Shown piece by piece: positions 38,626 through 49,654 of a DNA stretch of 49,654 bases. The stretch comes from an uncultured Alphaproteobacteria bacterium (GTDB taxonomy: Bacteria; Pseudomonadota; Alphaproteobacteria; RF32; CAG-239), in assembly GCA_944391375.1 (NCBI GenBank), contig CALXTJ010000004.1, forward strand, positions 1-49,654, given 5' to 3'. Position 1 is the stretch's first letter. Every line of letters begins with the position of its first letter. Below the pieces are notes generated by a model. It was not told where the DNA came from, made no database searches, and was given only the letters and a program-made list of their open reading frames with translations. A program made the translations under genes and the position numbers.

Positions 38626-38754
38626 AGAAAATTCATCTCTGACAACTTAGGCAAAGAAAACTTAGCCGTATTTGATTCGCTTTGGGTAGGCAAAAATGAT
38701 GAACGAGCCGTACAAATCGCTCAAATGCAGTCTTTTATCAATAAGGGAAGATAA
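38610..38754 (+). pseudogene. Possible 3' remnant of a second gene (...IRKFISDNLGKENLAVFDSLWVGKNDERAVQIAQMQSFINKGR*)
   Basis: Protein-like open frame ending at TAA 38752-38754, without a convincing start. Confidence 0.35.
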
Positions 38755-38823
38755 TAATTATCCTTTACCGACAGATAGTGTTTTTTTACCGATTAAAAAG
38801 TGCGTTTTATCAAGAGAATGTGC

Positions 38824-38852
38824 TTGCAAATTAAAAAAAAATGGTGTAAAAA
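38824..38852 (+). promoter_or_regulatory. Putative rpoBC promoter
   Basis: TTGCAA-17 bp-TAAAAA with TG upstream of the -10. Confidence 0.5.
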
Positions 38853-39088
38853 CTTTGCAAAATAAAAGCCTATTATTTGGTGAATCTGGTCCGAGTTTGG
38901 CTCTATGCCTAGGGGTTCGGCCGATTCGGCCGTATTTTTTTGCGTTTGTAAAAATGCTTAAAAAATATGTAAAAAACGTTTTTTATATTAACCTTCTGTT
39001 TGCGGGGTTTGGTGTTGCTTGTTAAAGCCAAGATAATGCCGATAGAATGGCTGCAGAATTATAGCTTAAAGAAAAGGATAAAAGTGCA

Positions 39089-42000
39089 ATGAAGGAATCT
39101 TATACGAGCAAAAGACGTGTAAGGAAAAACTTCGGTAAAATTGATGCATGCATTGATATGCCGAGTTTAATTGAGGTTCAAACCGGTTCTTATTCCAGTT
39201 TTATCAATAATGTTGATGCATACGGAGAGCATTGCGAATTCGGTTTGGAAGAAGTGTTCAAATCTATTTTCCCGATAAAAGATTTTTCCGGTAACGGCGA
39301 ATTGGAATTCGTTAAATACGAATTGGAAGAGCCTAAATACGATGTTGATGAGTGTATCAAACGCGATATGACTTATGCTGCACCGATTAAGGCTACTTTG
39401 CGTTTGGTAGTTTGGGATATTGACGAGGCTACCGGAGCCAAATCCGTTCACGATATTAAAGAACAAGATGTTTATATGGGCGATATTCCGTTGATGACCG
39501 ATAAAGGTACCTTTATTTTCAACGGTACCGAGCGTGTAGTTGTTTCCCAAATGCATCGTTCCCCGGGTGTGTTCTTTGATCATGACAAAGGCAAGACCAT
39601 GTCTTCCGGTAAATATTTGTTTGCGGCCCGTGTTATTCCGTATCGCGGTTCATGGCTTGATTTTGAGTTTGATGCCAAAGACTTGATTTATGCCCGTATT
39701 GACCGTCGTCGTAAATTGCCGGTAACATCCATTTTGTATTCTTTGTACTCCAAAGAAACCGAAGATCGTATCAAAGCCGGCGAAAAAGTTCCTGCCGAAG
39801 AAATTAAAGGCATGGATAAAGAGGAAATTTTAAATTACTTCTATGAAGCCGACGAATATATTGCCAACAAAAAAGGCTGGAAAGTTAAATTTAATCCCGA
39901 ACGCATGAAGGGTGTTAAATTCCCGTTTGATTTGGTAGATGCCAAAACCGGTAAAGTGGTTTGGGCTCAGGATAAAAAAATTACCCCGAGAACAGCCAAT
40001 AAATTGGTTGAGGACGGCTTGGAATACTATCAGGTTTCTGAGGAACAGCTGTATGGCAAGTTTTTGGCCAAGGCTGTTTTCAATGCCAAAACCGGTGAAA
40101 TTATTGCCGATGCCGGAGCTGAATTAAATGAAGAAGTTTTAGGCAAAATCAATGAAGCCAAAGTTAAAGAATTGAGCATTTTGTACATTGACGGCGTTAA
40201 TGTCGGACCTTATATCCGCAACACTTTGGAAGCTGATAAAAATCACTGCCGCGAAGAGGCTTTGCTGGATATCTACCGCGTTATGCGTCCCGGCGAACCG
40301 GCCACATTAGATGCTTCTTACCATCTGTTTAAGGCTTTGTTCTTTGATGAAGAGCGTTACGATTTATCGTCGGTCGGTCGTGTTAAAATGAACTTGGCTT
40401 TGGACATTCCTTTTGAGGAAGCTCCCGATACATATCGCACCTTGCGTAAAGATGATATTTTGCGTATTGTTAAACATATGATAGAATTGCGTGACGGTAA
40501 GGGCGAAGTTGATGATATTGACCACTTAGGTAATCGTCGTGTTCGTTCGGTCGGTGAGTTGATGGAAAATCAATATCGTATGGGCTTGCTTCGTATGGAA
40601 AGAGCCATTCGCGAAAAAATGAGTGCCGAAGTCTTAAACAATGTTAAACCGCAAGACTTGGTAAATGCTAAGCCGATAGCTTCGGTTATCAGAGAATTTT
40701 TCGGTTCTTCACAACTTTCGCAATTTATGGATCAAAACAACCCGTTGTCGGAAATTACCCACAAGCGTCGTTTATCGGCCTTGGGCCCCGGCGGTTTGTC
40801 TCGTGACAGAGCCGGCTTTGAAGTCCGCGATGTGCACCCGACACACTACGGTCGTATCTGCCCGATTGAAACTCCTGAAGGTCCGAACATCGGTTTAATT
40901 AACTCTTTGGCAACTTATGCCCGCATTAACAAATACGGCTTTATTGAATGTCCGTATCGTAAAGTTATTGACGGAGTTGTTACCAAAGATGTGGTATATT
41001 TGTCAGCCGATGAAGAAAGTAAATACATTATCGCCGAAGCTAACGCCAAAGTAAATGATGACGGACGCTTTGCTAACGATATGATTGCCTGCCGTAAAGC
41101 CGGTGAAGTTATTTATGCGGCACCTTCGGAAATTAACTTAATTGACGTTTCGCCAAAACAATTGGTTTCGGTTGCAACCGCTTTGATTCCGTTCTTGGAA
41201 AACGACGATGCTAACCGTGCGTTGATGGGTTCAAACATGCAGCGTCAAGGTGTTCCGTTGTTAAGAAGCGAAGCTCCGCTCGTCGGTACCGGTATTGAAG
41301 CAACCGTTGCCAAAGATTCCGGTGCTACATTGGTAGCTAAATATGACGGTGTTGTAGATTCGGTTGATGCCAACCGTATCGTTATTCGTTCCGATGATCG
41401 TCATGCCAGCAAGGTCGGTGTTGAAATTTATCGTTTGCAAAAATTCCGTCGTTCCAACCAAAACACCTGCATTAACCAAGTTCCGCTTGTTAAGGTAGGC
41501 GATAAAATTAAGGCCGGCGATATTATTGCCGACGGTCCTTGTACCGATATGGGTGAGTTGGCCTTAGGCAAAAATGTTTTGGTAGCATTTATGCCCTGGA
41601 ACGGATTAAACTACGAAGATGCTATTTTGTTATCCGAACGCATTTCTCGTGATGATGTTTTAACCTCCCTTCACATTGAAGAATTTGAGGTTATGGCTCG
41701 TGATACCAAATTAGGTCAGGAAGAAATCACTCGTGATATTCCCAATGTCGGTGAAGAAGCTTTACGCAACTTGGATGAAGCCGGTATTGTTTACATCGGA
41801 GCTGAGGTTAAAGCCGGTGATATTTTGGTAGGTAAAGTAACACCTAAAGGAGAATCTCCGGTAACTCCCGAAGAAAAATTGTTAAGAGCCATCTTCGGTG
41901 AAAAAGCCAGTGATGTTCGCGACACCTCGTTGCGTGTACAACCCGGTATTGAGGGTGTTGTGGTAGATGTTCATGTATTCTCCCGCAGAGGTGTAGAAAA

Positions 42001-43255
42001 AGATGAACGTGCTTTGTCTATTGAACAACAGGAAATTTCGCAATTGGCCAAAGACCGTGATGATGAAATTGCCATCGTTCGCAAGAGCTTTGATGCCCGC
42101 TTAAAAGAAATGTTAATCGGACAAACGGTGGTAGATGCCCCCAAGGGTATTGATAAAAAGGCTACCATCACTGCCGAAATGTTGGATGGTATTCCGTCCT
42201 CACAATGGCGTAAGATTGTAGTCAAAGATGAGAGCGTTATGGCTCAGATTGAAGAATTTTCGGCCGCTTTTGATGAAAGAGTTGCCAAAGTTCATAAGCA
42301 CTTTGACGACAAAGTAGAAAAAGTACAACGCGGTGATGATTTATTGCCCGGTGTATTAAAGATGGTAAAAGTCTTTATAGCCACCAAGCGTAAGATGCAA
42401 ACCGGTGATAAAATGGCCGGTCGTCACGGTAACAAAGGTACGGTATCCCGCGTATTGCCGTTAGAGGATATGCCTTACATGGAAGATGGTACGTCGGTAG
42501 ATATCGTATTAAATCCTTTAGGTGTTCCTTCTCGTATGAATGTGGGACAAATTTTGGAAACTCACTTAGGTTGGGCTGCCAAAGAGCTCGGCAAGCAATT
42601 AAACGAGATGTGCGAACAATACAAGAAGGGTGAAAAGACAATTGAGGAATTAAACAACCGCTTGCGTGAAATTTACGGCGACAAGCAGTACAAAGCCGAA
42701 ATTGAACCCTTAACCGAACCTGAAAAAATGGAAATGATATCCAACCTGAAAAACGGTATTCCGATGGCAACGCCGGTATTTGACGGAGCCAGCGGCGAAG
42801 ATATCAACCATATGCTGGAAATGGCCGGTTTACCGACCTCAGGTCAAATTGACTTGTACGATGGTCGTACCGGTGAAAAGTTTGATCGTAAGGTAACCGT
42901 AGGTATCATTTACATGATTAAGTTGCACCACATCGTAGATGAAAAGATGCACGCCCGTTCGGTAGGACCTTACAGTCTTGTAACTCAACAACCGTTAGGC
43001 GGTAAAGCTCAATTCGGCGGACAACGTTTCGGTGAAATGGAAGTTTGGGCATTGCAAGCTTACGGTGCAGCCTACACCTTGCAGGAAATGCTCACGGTTA
43101 AATCCGATGATGTCAACGGCCGAACCAAGGTTTATGAAGCCATCGTTCGCGGTGAAGACACATTTGATACCGGAGTACCGGAATCATTTAATGTTTTGGT
43201 AAAAGAAATGAAGTCTTTGTGCCTTAATGTTGAAATGTTGAACGAAGAAGTTTAA
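39089..43255 (+). CDS. rpoB: RNA polymerase beta subunit
   Basis: [54 protein letters not shown]. Confidence 0.99.
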   Translation: MKESYTSKRRVRKNFGKIDACIDMPSLIEVQTGSYSSFINNVDAYGEHCEFGLEEVFKSIFPIKDFSGNGELEFVKYELEEPKYDVDECIKRDMTYAAPIKATLRLVVWDIDEATGAKSVHDIKEQDVYMGDIPLMTDKGTFIFNGTERVVVSQMHRSPGVFFDHDKGKTMSSGKYLFAARVIPYRGSWLDFEFDAKDLIYARIDRRRKLPVTSILYSLYSKETEDRIKAGEKVPAEEIKGMDKEEILNYFYEADEYIANKKGWKVKFNPERMKGVKFPFDLVDAKTGKVVWAQDKKITPRTANKLVEDGLEYYQVSEEQLYGKFLAKAVFNAKTGEIIADAGAELNEEVLGKINEAKVKELSILYIDGVNVGPYIRNTLEADKNHCREEALLDIYRVMRPGEPATLDASYHLFKALFFDEERYDLSSVGRVKMNLALDIPFEEAPDTYRTLRKDDILRIVKHMIELRDGKGEVDDIDHLGNRRVRSVGELMENQYRMGLLRMERAIREKMSAEVLNNVKPQDLVNAKPIASVIREFFGSSQLSQFMDQNNPLSEITHKRRLSALGPGGLSRDRAGFEVRDVHPTHYGRICPIETPEGPNIGLINSLATYARINKYGFIECPYRKVIDGVVTKDVVYLSADEESKYIIAEANAKVNDDGRFANDMIACRKAGEVIYAAPSEINLIDVSPKQLVSVATALIPFLENDDANRALMGSNMQRQGVPLLRSEAPLVGTGIEATVAKDSGATLVAKYDGVVDSVDANRIVIRSDDRHASKVGVEIYRLQKFRRSNQNTCINQVPLVKVGDKIKAGDIIADGPCTDMGELALGKNVLVAFMPWNGLNYEDAILLSERISRDDVLTSLHIEEFEVMARDTKLGQEEITRDIPNVGEEALRNLDEAGIVYIGAEVKAGDILVGKVTPKGESPVTPEEKLLRAIFGEKASDVRDTSLRVQPGIEGVVVDVHVFSRRGVEKDERALSIEQQEISQLAKDRDDEIAIVRKSFDARLKEMLIGQTVVDAPKGIDKKATITAEMLDGIPSSQWRKIVVKDESVMAQIEEFSAAFDERVAKVHKHFDDKVEKVQRGDDLLPGVLKMVKVFIATKRKMQTGDKMAGRHGNKGTVSRVLPLEDMPYMEDGTSVDIVLNPLGVPSRMNVGQILETHLGWAAKELGKQLNEMCEQYKKGEKTIEELNNRLREIYGDKQYKAEIEPLTEPEKMEMISNLKNGIPMATPVFDGASGEDINHMLEMAGLPTSGQIDLYDGRTGEKFDRKVTVGIIYMIKLHHIVDEKMHARSVGPYSLVTQQPLGGKAQFGGQRFGEMEVWALQAYGAAYTLQEMLTVKSDDVNGRTKVYEAIVRGEDTFDTGVPESFNVLVKEMKSLCLNVEMLNEEV

Positions 43256-43275
43256 GGATAAGGAGTTTTATAAAT

Positions 43276-46200
43276 ATGAATGATGTAATGAAATTTTTTG
43301 GTCAGCAGCCGGCTGAAGAGAGTTTTGATGAAATCAAGATTTCTATAGCTTCTCCTGAGCAAATTCGTTCTTGGTCATACGGTGAGGTTAAAAAGCCCGA
43401 GACCATTAACTATCGTACATTTAAGCCGGAAAGAGACGGTCTGTTTTGTGCCCGTATTTTCGGTCCTGTTAAAGATTACGAATGTTTGTGCGGTAAATAT
43501 AAACGCATGAAATATCGTGGTATCGTATGCGAAAAGTGCGGTGTTGAAGTAACATTGTCCAAAGTTCGTCGTGAAAGAATGGGCCATATTGAATTGGCAG
43601 CACCGGTTGCTCACATTTGGTTTTTAAAATCATTACCGAGCCGTATTTCAATGTTGACCGATATTCCGATGAAGTCATTGGAAAGAGTGCTGTACTTTGA
43701 AAGCTATATTGTAATTGAACCGGGTTTAACCGATTTACAAATGCACCAATTATTAACCGAAGACGAATATCAAGAGGCTTTGGATAAATACGGTGAAGAT
43801 TCGTTTAGAGCCGGTATCGGTGCCGAGGCTTTGCGTGAAATTTTGGCCGCCATTGATTTGGAAGCCGAACGTGCCACGATGCGTGCCGAATTAAAAGAAA
43901 CCAATTCGGAAGCCAAACGCAAAAAGTTGGTAAAACGTTTAAAGATTGTTGAATCGTTTATAGATTCCAACACCAAACCGGAATGGATGATTTTAACGGT
44001 ATTGCCGGTAATTCCGCCGGAATTGCGTCCGTTGGTACCGTTAGACGGCGGTCGTTTTGCCACATCGGATTTGAACGATTTGTATCGTAGAGTAATCAAC
44101 CGTAACAACCGTTTGAAAAGATTGTTGGAATTACATGCTCCGGAAATTATCGTTCGTAACGAAAAGAGAATGTTGCAAGAGTCGGTTGATGCCTTGTTTG
44201 ATAACGGTCGCCGTGCTCGTGCCATTACCGGAACCAGTAAGCGTCCGTTGAAATCGTTATCGGATATGCTCAAAGGTAAGCAAGGTCGTTTCCGTCAAAA
44301 CTTGTTAGGTAAACGTGTTGACTACTCCGGTCGTTCGGTTATTACCGTAGGTCCGGAATTGAAGTTGCAACAATGCGGATTGCCTAAAAAGATGGCCTTG
44401 GAGTTGTTTAAGCCGTTCGTATATTCCAAATTGGAATTGTACGGACACGCTACAACCATTAAAGCTGCCAAAAGAATGGTAGAAAAAGAGCGTCCGGAAG
44501 TATGGGATATTTTGGAAGAAGTGATAAGAGAGCATCCGGTATTGTTAAACCGTGCTCCTACTTTGCACCGTTTGGGTATTCAAGCATTTGAGCCGGTACT
44601 TGTGGAAGGTAAAGCCATTCACCTGCACCCGCTGGTTTGTACGGCATTTAACGCCGACTTTGACGGTGACCAAATGGCAGTACATGTACCGTTATCCATT
44701 GAAGCTCAATTGGAAGCTCGTGTCTTGATGATGTCAACCAACAACATTTTATCGCCGGCATCCGGTAAGCCGATTATCGTTCCTTCACAAGACATGGTAT
44801 TAGGTATCTACTACTTAACTTATGAAGCCGATGATGTAATGGGCGAGGGCGGAATTTACGCCGATGCCGATGAGGTAATGTTGGCCTTAAACGCCAAAGT
44901 TGTAGACTTGCATGCTAAAATCAAGTGCCGTATGGAATATGTTGACGACAACGGCGAGACCAAATATGGCTTGGTAGATACCACTCCGGGTCGTATTATC
45001 GTTTCCGACATTTTGCCCAAGAATCCGAACATACCGTTTTCTTTGGTAAACCGCTTGTTAAAGAAGAAGGAAATTTCGGAAATCATTGACACGGTATATC
45101 GTCATTGCGGCCAAAAAGAAACCTGCATCATGGTAGATAAAATCATGACCTTAGGCTTTACCAATGCATGTAAGGCAGGTATTTCGTTCGGTAAGGATGA
45201 TTTGATTGTACCTGATGCCAAGAAGACCTTAATTGAAGAAACCACCAAACAGGTAAAAGAGTTTGAAGCACAATATCAAAACGGTTTAATCACGAAGGGT
45301 GAAAAATATAACAAAGTGGTAGATATTTGGGCAGCCTGCACTGACAAGATTGCCGATGAAATGATGAAAAACATTTCCAAGACCGACCATGGTTATATTA
45401 ACTCCGTATACATGATGGCACACTCCGGAGCTCGTGGTTCTGCTGCTCAAATGCGTCAATTGGCAGGTATGCGTGGTTTGATGGCCAAACCGAGTGGTGA
45501 AATTATTGAACAACCGATTATTTCCAACTTTAAGGAGGGATTAACGGTGTCTGAGTACTTTAACTCCACCCACGGTGCACGTAAGGGTTTGGCCGATACG
45601 GCATTAAAGACCGCCAACTCCGGTTATTTAACGCGTCGTTTGGTAGATGTAGCCCAAGATGTTGTGGTAACGGAAACTGATTGTGGAACCGAGAGAGGCA
45701 TTATAGTTCGTCCGGTAGTTGACGGAGGTAATGTAATTGTTTCCATCGGTGACAGAATTTTGGGACGAACCATTCAAGAAGATATTATCCACCCCGAAAC
45801 CGGTGAAGTTTTGGTTAAAAAGGGTAAGCTGATTGATGAAAACGATGCCGAATTGGTAGAAAAAGCCGGTGTTGAGCAAGTTAAGATTCGTTCGGTATTA
45901 ACCTGTGATTCCGAGCATGGTGTATGTGCGGCATGTTATGGTCGTGACTTAGCCAGAGGAACTCCGGTTAATGTAGGTGAAGCGGTAGGCGTAATTGCCG
46001 CTCAATCCATCGGTGAGCCCGGTACGCAATTAACGATGAGAACCTTCCACATCGGTGGTGCGGCTTCCAAGTCTGCCGAGCAATCCAGTGTTGAAGTACC
46101 GTTTGCCGGTGTTTTGAAATTGGACAACAAACATACGATAACCGATTCTGAAGGTCATTTGATTGTTTTATCGCGTAACTGTGAAATTATCATAGAAGAT

Positions 46201-47475
46201 GCCCAAGGTCGTGAAAAATCGCGTCACCATGTTCCTTACGGTACCAAAATTTTGGTAGAAGAAGGAGCCAAAGTTAAGAAAGGTCAAAAAGTTGCCGAGT
46301 GGGATCCGTTTACGATTCCGGTCATTTCGGAAAAAGCCGGTACGGCTCAACTGGTAGACTTGATTAACAATGTTTCGGTAAAAGAGAGCATGGATGAAAC
46401 GACAGGTATTGTATCTAAAGTTGTAATAGATTGGCGTAGCGGCTCATCGGCCAATGCTTCGTTAAAGCCGAGCATTGTTTTAAAAGATGCCAAAGGCAAG
46501 TCTGTCAACTTTGATAACGGCAAGGAAGCCCGTTATTATCTGTCGGTAGATGCGGTATTAACGGTAGACAACGGCAGTGAGGTTAAGGTAGGTGATGTAA
46601 TCGCTCGTATTCCGAGAGAGAGCTCCAAGACCAAAGATATTACCGGTGGTTTACCGCGAGTTGCCGAATTGTTTGAAGCTCGTCATCCTAAGGATCAAGC
46701 ACTCATTTCCGATATTGACGGTATGGTAGAGTTTGGTAAGGATTACAAGGCCAAACAACGTATAAGCGTTATACCGGCCAAAGGCGAACCGATTGAATAT
46801 TTAATTCCGAAGGGTCGTCACCTGGTAGTACAAGACGGCGATATTGTTAAAAAAGGTGATTTACTGGTAGAAGGCACACCTGCACCGCATGATATTTTAA
46901 GAGTATTGGGTGTAGAAAAGTTAGCTGAATACTTAGTAAAAGAAGTTCAAGATGTATATCGTCTGCAAGGTGTTAAAATCAACGATAAGCACATTGAAGT
47001 GATAGTATCGCAGATGCTCAAGAAAGTTGAGATTAAGACGCCCGGAGATACAACCTTCTTGGTAGGCGAGCAGGTAGACAAGGATGTATTTGAGGCAGAA
47101 AATGCTAAGGTGATAGCTGAAAACGGAGAACCGGCAACGGCAGATCCGGTATTGTTAGGTATTACCAAGGCCTCATTGCAGACCAAGTCGTTTATATCTG
47201 CGGCCTCATTCCAAGAGACCACGCGTGTCTTGACGGAAGCGGCAGTTGCCGGCAAGGTAGACAAGCTGACCGGATTGAAGGAAAATGTAATTGTCGGTCG
47301 TTTAATTCCGGCCGGTACCGGTACGGTATTGCGTTCATTGCGTAGAGTTGCAGCCCAAAACGACAAAGAGATTTTGGCTCAACGGGAAGCAGAAGCCAAT
47401 GCCAAATTAGCAAGTGCCAACAGCAACACCGAAGCGGAAAAACCCGTTACGGCGGAAGAAACTCCGGCTGAATAG
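43276..47475 (+). CDS. rpoC: RNA polymerase beta' subunit
   Basis: [12 protein letters not shown], Zn-finger [23 protein letters not shown]. Confidence 0.99.
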   Translation: MNDVMKFFGQQPAEESFDEIKISIASPEQIRSWSYGEVKKPETINYRTFKPERDGLFCARIFGPVKDYECLCGKYKRMKYRGIVCEKCGVEVTLSKVRRERMGHIELAAPVAHIWFLKSLPSRISMLTDIPMKSLERVLYFESYIVIEPGLTDLQMHQLLTEDEYQEALDKYGEDSFRAGIGAEALREILAAIDLEAERATMRAELKETNSEAKRKKLVKRLKIVESFIDSNTKPEWMILTVLPVIPPELRPLVPLDGGRFATSDLNDLYRRVINRNNRLKRLLELHAPEIIVRNEKRMLQESVDALFDNGRRARAITGTSKRPLKSLSDMLKGKQGRFRQNLLGKRVDYSGRSVITVGPELKLQQCGLPKKMALELFKPFVYSKLELYGHATTIKAAKRMVEKERPEVWDILEEVIREHPVLLNRAPTLHRLGIQAFEPVLVEGKAIHLHPLVCTAFNADFDGDQMAVHVPLSIEAQLEARVLMMSTNNILSPASGKPIIVPSQDMVLGIYYLTYEADDVMGEGGIYADADEVMLALNAKVVDLHAKIKCRMEYVDDNGETKYGLVDTTPGRIIVSDILPKNPNIPFSLVNRLLKKKEISEIIDTVYRHCGQKETCIMVDKIMTLGFTNACKAGISFGKDDLIVPDAKKTLIEETTKQVKEFEAQYQNGLITKGEKYNKVVDIWAACTDKIADEMMKNISKTDHGYINSVYMMAHSGARGSAAQMRQLAGMRGLMAKPSGEIIEQPIISNFKEGLTVSEYFNSTHGARKGLADTALKTANSGYLTRRLVDVAQDVVVTETDCGTERGIIVRPVVDGGNVIVSIGDRILGRTIQEDIIHPETGEVLVKKGKLIDENDAELVEKAGVEQVKIRSVLTCDSEHGVCAACYGRDLARGTPVNVGEAVGVIAAQSIGEPGTQLTMRTFHIGGAASKSAEQSSVEVPFAGVLKLDNKHTITDSEGHLIVLSRNCEIIIEDAQGREKSRHHVPYGTKILVEEGAKVKKGQKVAEWDPFTIPVISEKAGTAQLVDLINNVSVKESMDETTGIVSKVVIDWRSGSSANASLKPSIVLKDAKGKSVNFDNGKEARYYLSVDAVLTVDNGSEVKVGDVIARIPRESSKTKDITGGLPRVAELFEARHPKDQALISDIDGMVEFGKDYKAKQRISVIPAKGEPIEYLIPKGRHLVVQDGDIVKKGDLLVEGTPAPHDILRVLGVEKLAEYLVKEVQDVYRLQGVKINDKHIEVIVSQMLKKVEIKTPGDTTFLVGEQVDKDVFEAENAKVIAENGEPATADPVLLGITKASLQTKSFISAASFQETTRVLTEAAVAGKVDKLTGLKENVIVGRLIPAGTGTVLRSLRRVAAQNDKEILAQREAEANAKLASANSNTEAEKPVTAEETPAE

Positions 47476-47490
47476 CTTAAATTAGCAACT

Positions 47491-47526
47491 AAAAACCCTC
47501 GCTTTAGCAATAAGGCGAGGGTTTTT
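47491..47526. terminator. Bidirectional terminator after rpoC
   Basis: AAAAACCCTCGCTTTA-gcaa-TAAGGCGAGGGTTTTT. Confidence 0.85.
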
Positions 47527-47559
47527 GTTTGGATTAAAGTAAACTTATAAAATCATCTG

Positions 47560-48273
47560 GGCTCTTGACTAGTATCTTTTAAGAAGATAGGGTTAAAGGC
47601 AATGAAATACAATAGATTAAGCAGATATAAAATAAAAAAAATAATAGTGTGTTTTTCTGAGGACATAACAGCGACCTCGGCAAGTAAAATTTTAGGCATA
47701 AACAGGAACACCATAAATTCGTATTATAACGAATTCAGAGAACGCATATTAGAAGAAAGTTTGCTAGAACAAGAGAAAGAGTTAGGAGAATATGAGCTTG
47801 ACGAAAGCTATTTTGGAGCAAGAAGAATAAGAGGTAAAAGAGGACGAGGAGCAGCCGGAAAGACACCTGTTTTTGGATTATTGAAAAGGAATGGAAAAGT
47901 ATTTGTCAGTGTTGTTCCCAACTGTTCAAAAGAAGAGCTAATGCCCATAATACAAGGAAAAATCTTAGAAGGAAGCACTATTCATACAGATGGATGGAGA
48001 GCTTATGATGGTCTTATTTTGAATGGATATAATCATTACAGAGTGTTTCATCATGAGAATGAATTTGCTAGAGGAAAATCTCATGTAAATGGGATAGAAT
48101 GTTTTTGGAGTTATGCAAAAAGAAGAATGGCTAAATTTAATGGTTTGACTGACGACAAATTCATCTTGCATTTAAAGGAGTGTGAGTGTAGATTTAATCA
48201 TAGAAATGAGAATTTTGCATCCTTCATTGAGCATATTTTTTTCAAAAATAAAAAAAGATACTAGTCTAGAGCC
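47560..48273 (+). mobile_element. IS1595-family insertion sequence (IS1016-like group), 714 bp
   Basis: 21-bp terminal IRs GGCTCT(T/A)GACTAGTATCTTTT with 1 mismatch; 7-bp target duplication TCATCTG at 47553-47559 and 48274-48280. Confidence 0.92.
47602..48264 (+). CDS. IS1595-family (ISXO2-like DDE) transposase
   Basis: HTH, ELDESYFG, GKRGRGAAGK, IHTDGWRAY, HVNGIECFW, LKECECRFN. Confidence 0.95.
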   Translation: MKYNRLSRYKIKKIIVCFSEDITATSASKILGINRNTINSYYNEFRERILEESLLEQEKELGEYELDESYFGARRIRGKRGRGAAGKTPVFGLLKRNGKVFVSVVPNCSKEELMPIIQGKILEGSTIHTDGWRAYDGLILNGYNHYRVFHHENEFARGKSHVNGIECFWSYAKRRMAKFNGLTDDKFILHLKECECRFNHRNENFASFIEHIFFKNKKRY

Positions 48274-48886
48274 TCATCTGATAATAAAAAATGCAAATGT
48301 CTTTGTCTTCGCAAACGTTACAAAAGTCTTCCATTTCAGCAAGGGTTAAATCTTTAAGGCATTTACGGTCAGATGTGCAATAATTATCGCCATTAACTAT
48401 GTTGGCCGAGGAATTTTCTTCACCTTTGGTTGTTTCAAACTTGGTACGCCAAAGTTGCTCTCTTTTGGCTTTAGCGATTGTAAATAAATTCATGCACGAT
48501 TCTTTTTGTCCTTTATTCAAGTATGTCATAAACTCAAAGGTATAACCGCCATCGCCGCCAGTGTAATTTTTTAAAGCTATAGTAGTGCCGAAAACATCAA
48601 ATATTACATCATTTATGTTTTCGCGTATCATTTCTTGCGGGATAACGTTTAATTTTTTAAGTATAGGTACCATATTTTCGGCAATAGAAGTTTTTGAGCG
48701 CTTAAAATCGTCCATATGAATGTTGACGTAGTCTAAAATCGAGCCGATTTGTTCGGTCTGTTTATTGAGTTTATACTTCATCATGGCCTTGGAATAACCG
48801 GCAATAGCCCCGACAGACAGTACGCCTATGATTGCAAGTACGCCAAGCATTTCCACCATGGAACGACCTGATTGATAAAATTTCAT
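48266..48886 (-). CDS. Type IV pilin-like protein (copy B)
   Basis: MKFYQSG|RSMVEMLGVLAIIGVLSVGAIAGY, DVFG, GDNYC..C..LTL..C..C..C; GGAGG SD. Confidence 0.88.
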   Translation of the reverse strand: MKFYQSGRSMVEMLGVLAIIGVLSVGAIAGYSKAMMKYKLNKQTEQIGSILDYVNIHMDDFKRSKTSIAENMVPILKKLNVIPQEMIRENINDVIFDVFGTTIALKNYTGGDGGYTFEFMTYLNKGQKESCMNLFTIAKAKREQLWRTKFETTKGEENSSANIVNGDNYCTSDRKCLKDLTLAEMEDFCNVCEDKDICIFYYQMRL

Positions 48887-48980
48887 TTAAAACCTCCAAA
48901 AAAATTAGTAACAAAAGCTTTAAACGAAATCTTAAACCGTTTTTTTTTTTTTGCAATTTTAAAGTTAAGCCGGTGGATAA
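48878..48980 (-). promoter_or_regulatory. Pilin promoter cassette copy B: TTGCAA-(A-tract, 16-bp spacer)-TAAGAT
   Basis: Near-identical to 38221-38321; T13 run at 48940-48952 on the + strand. Confidence 0.75.
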
Positions 48981-49045
48981 AATAAAGTTACATCAAGTAT
49001 CGCACATACAAGTAAAGTAACCTTGTCAAAAATGTAGATGTTGCT

Positions 49046-49654
49046 TTAAGAACTTATTCTTCCCCAAAGAATGGAAAAATTACAATAGCTTTTTGAACTA
49101 TCACAAGTAGAACATAAATCATCTATCTCGGATAGCGTCAAGTCCTTAATGCACTTCAGGTTATCTCCACAATAGGTGTCTCCAAATGTTCTGTTACCGT
49201 ATTGTGTGCTACCGTCTTCTTTATCTTTGGTAAACATTACTTGCCACAAACCGGCTGAACGTAATTGTGCCATTTGATATAAATTCATGCATATTTCATG
49301 AGCATCTTTGTCCAAAGATATTTGTAATCCATAATATATATTATAAGTATCATCGTTTAAAAAAGGCCAAACAGCATTTCCGAAAACATCTTTTACATAA
49401 CCGGTGTCAGCCGAATTTTCAACTATCATTTCAACAGGAATGGCTCCTAATTTTTGCAATAGAATACCAAAATTCATGGAAAAATCATGAGTAAATTTAT
49501 CGGAATTGATGGTGACATAGTCTAAAATGCTGCCGATTTGTTCGGTTTGGCGATTAAGTTTATATTTCATCATGGCTTTGGAATAACCGGCAATAGCCCC
49601 GACAGACAGTACGCCTATGATTGCAAGTACGCCAAGCATTTCCACCATGGAACG
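49046..49654 (-). CDS. Type IV pilin-like protein (copy C), 5' end beyond the window edge
   Basis: ..RSMVEMLGVLAIIGVLSVGAIAGYSKAMMKYKLN, same Cys pattern as copies A and B. Confidence 0.88.
   Translation of the reverse strand, partial: RSMVEMLGVLAIIGVLSVGAIAGYSKAMMKYKLNRQTEQIGSILDYVTINSDKFTHDFSMNFGILLQKLGAIPVEMIVENSADTGYVKDVFGNAVWPFLNDDTYNIYYGLQISLDKDAHEICMNLYQMAQLRSAGLWQVMFTKDKEDGSTQYGNRTFGDTYCGDNLKCIKDLTLSEIDDLCSTCDSSKSYCNFSILWGRISS

Noticed and set aside
38696-39025. 109-aa ORF upstream of rpoB
   Set aside because: Spans the predicted promoter and leader, with low-complexity composition and no recognisable family
37507-49654. Diversity-generating retroelement or shufflon as the source of pilin variation
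   Set aside because: No reverse transcriptase, TR/VR pair with adenine-specific differences, recombinase or inverted cassettes in the window

Overview
Chromosomal window from a fairly AT-rich alphaproteobacterium with fermentative metabolism. Gene content and the repeated GRSMVEMLGVLAIIGVL pilin-like family suggest the uncultured gut Rhodospirillales-like RF32 group (inference). Most of it is housekeeping: DUF2312/GapR-like, pyk, adhE, ldh, acpP-fabF, tRNA-Ala(CGC), clpB, a Tat-lipoprotein iron-sulfur flavoprotein, a YbhGFSR-type ABC exporter, mltG, mscL, tRNA-Gly(CCC) with a ~1 kb AT-rich methyltransferase islet, DUF2207, a uridyltransferase-only GlmU, an M3 peptidase, priA-atpHAGDC, a CPA2 antiporter, tadA, rluB, rsmD, a 706-aa orphan and rpoBC. 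The best candidate new system is a dispersed family of three type IV pilin-like genes around rpoBC, with an invariant N-terminus and a hypervariable Cys-rich head. The two copies whose upstream region is visible share a ~100-bp promoter cassette in which a poly(A) tract (A11 vs A13) forms the -35/-10 spacer (14 vs 16 bp), which points to slipped-strand phase variation of a pilin repertoire. One pilin carries an in-frame RPE-like palindrome in its leader. Another has an IS1016-group (IS1595 family) element inserted almost silently in its last codons.
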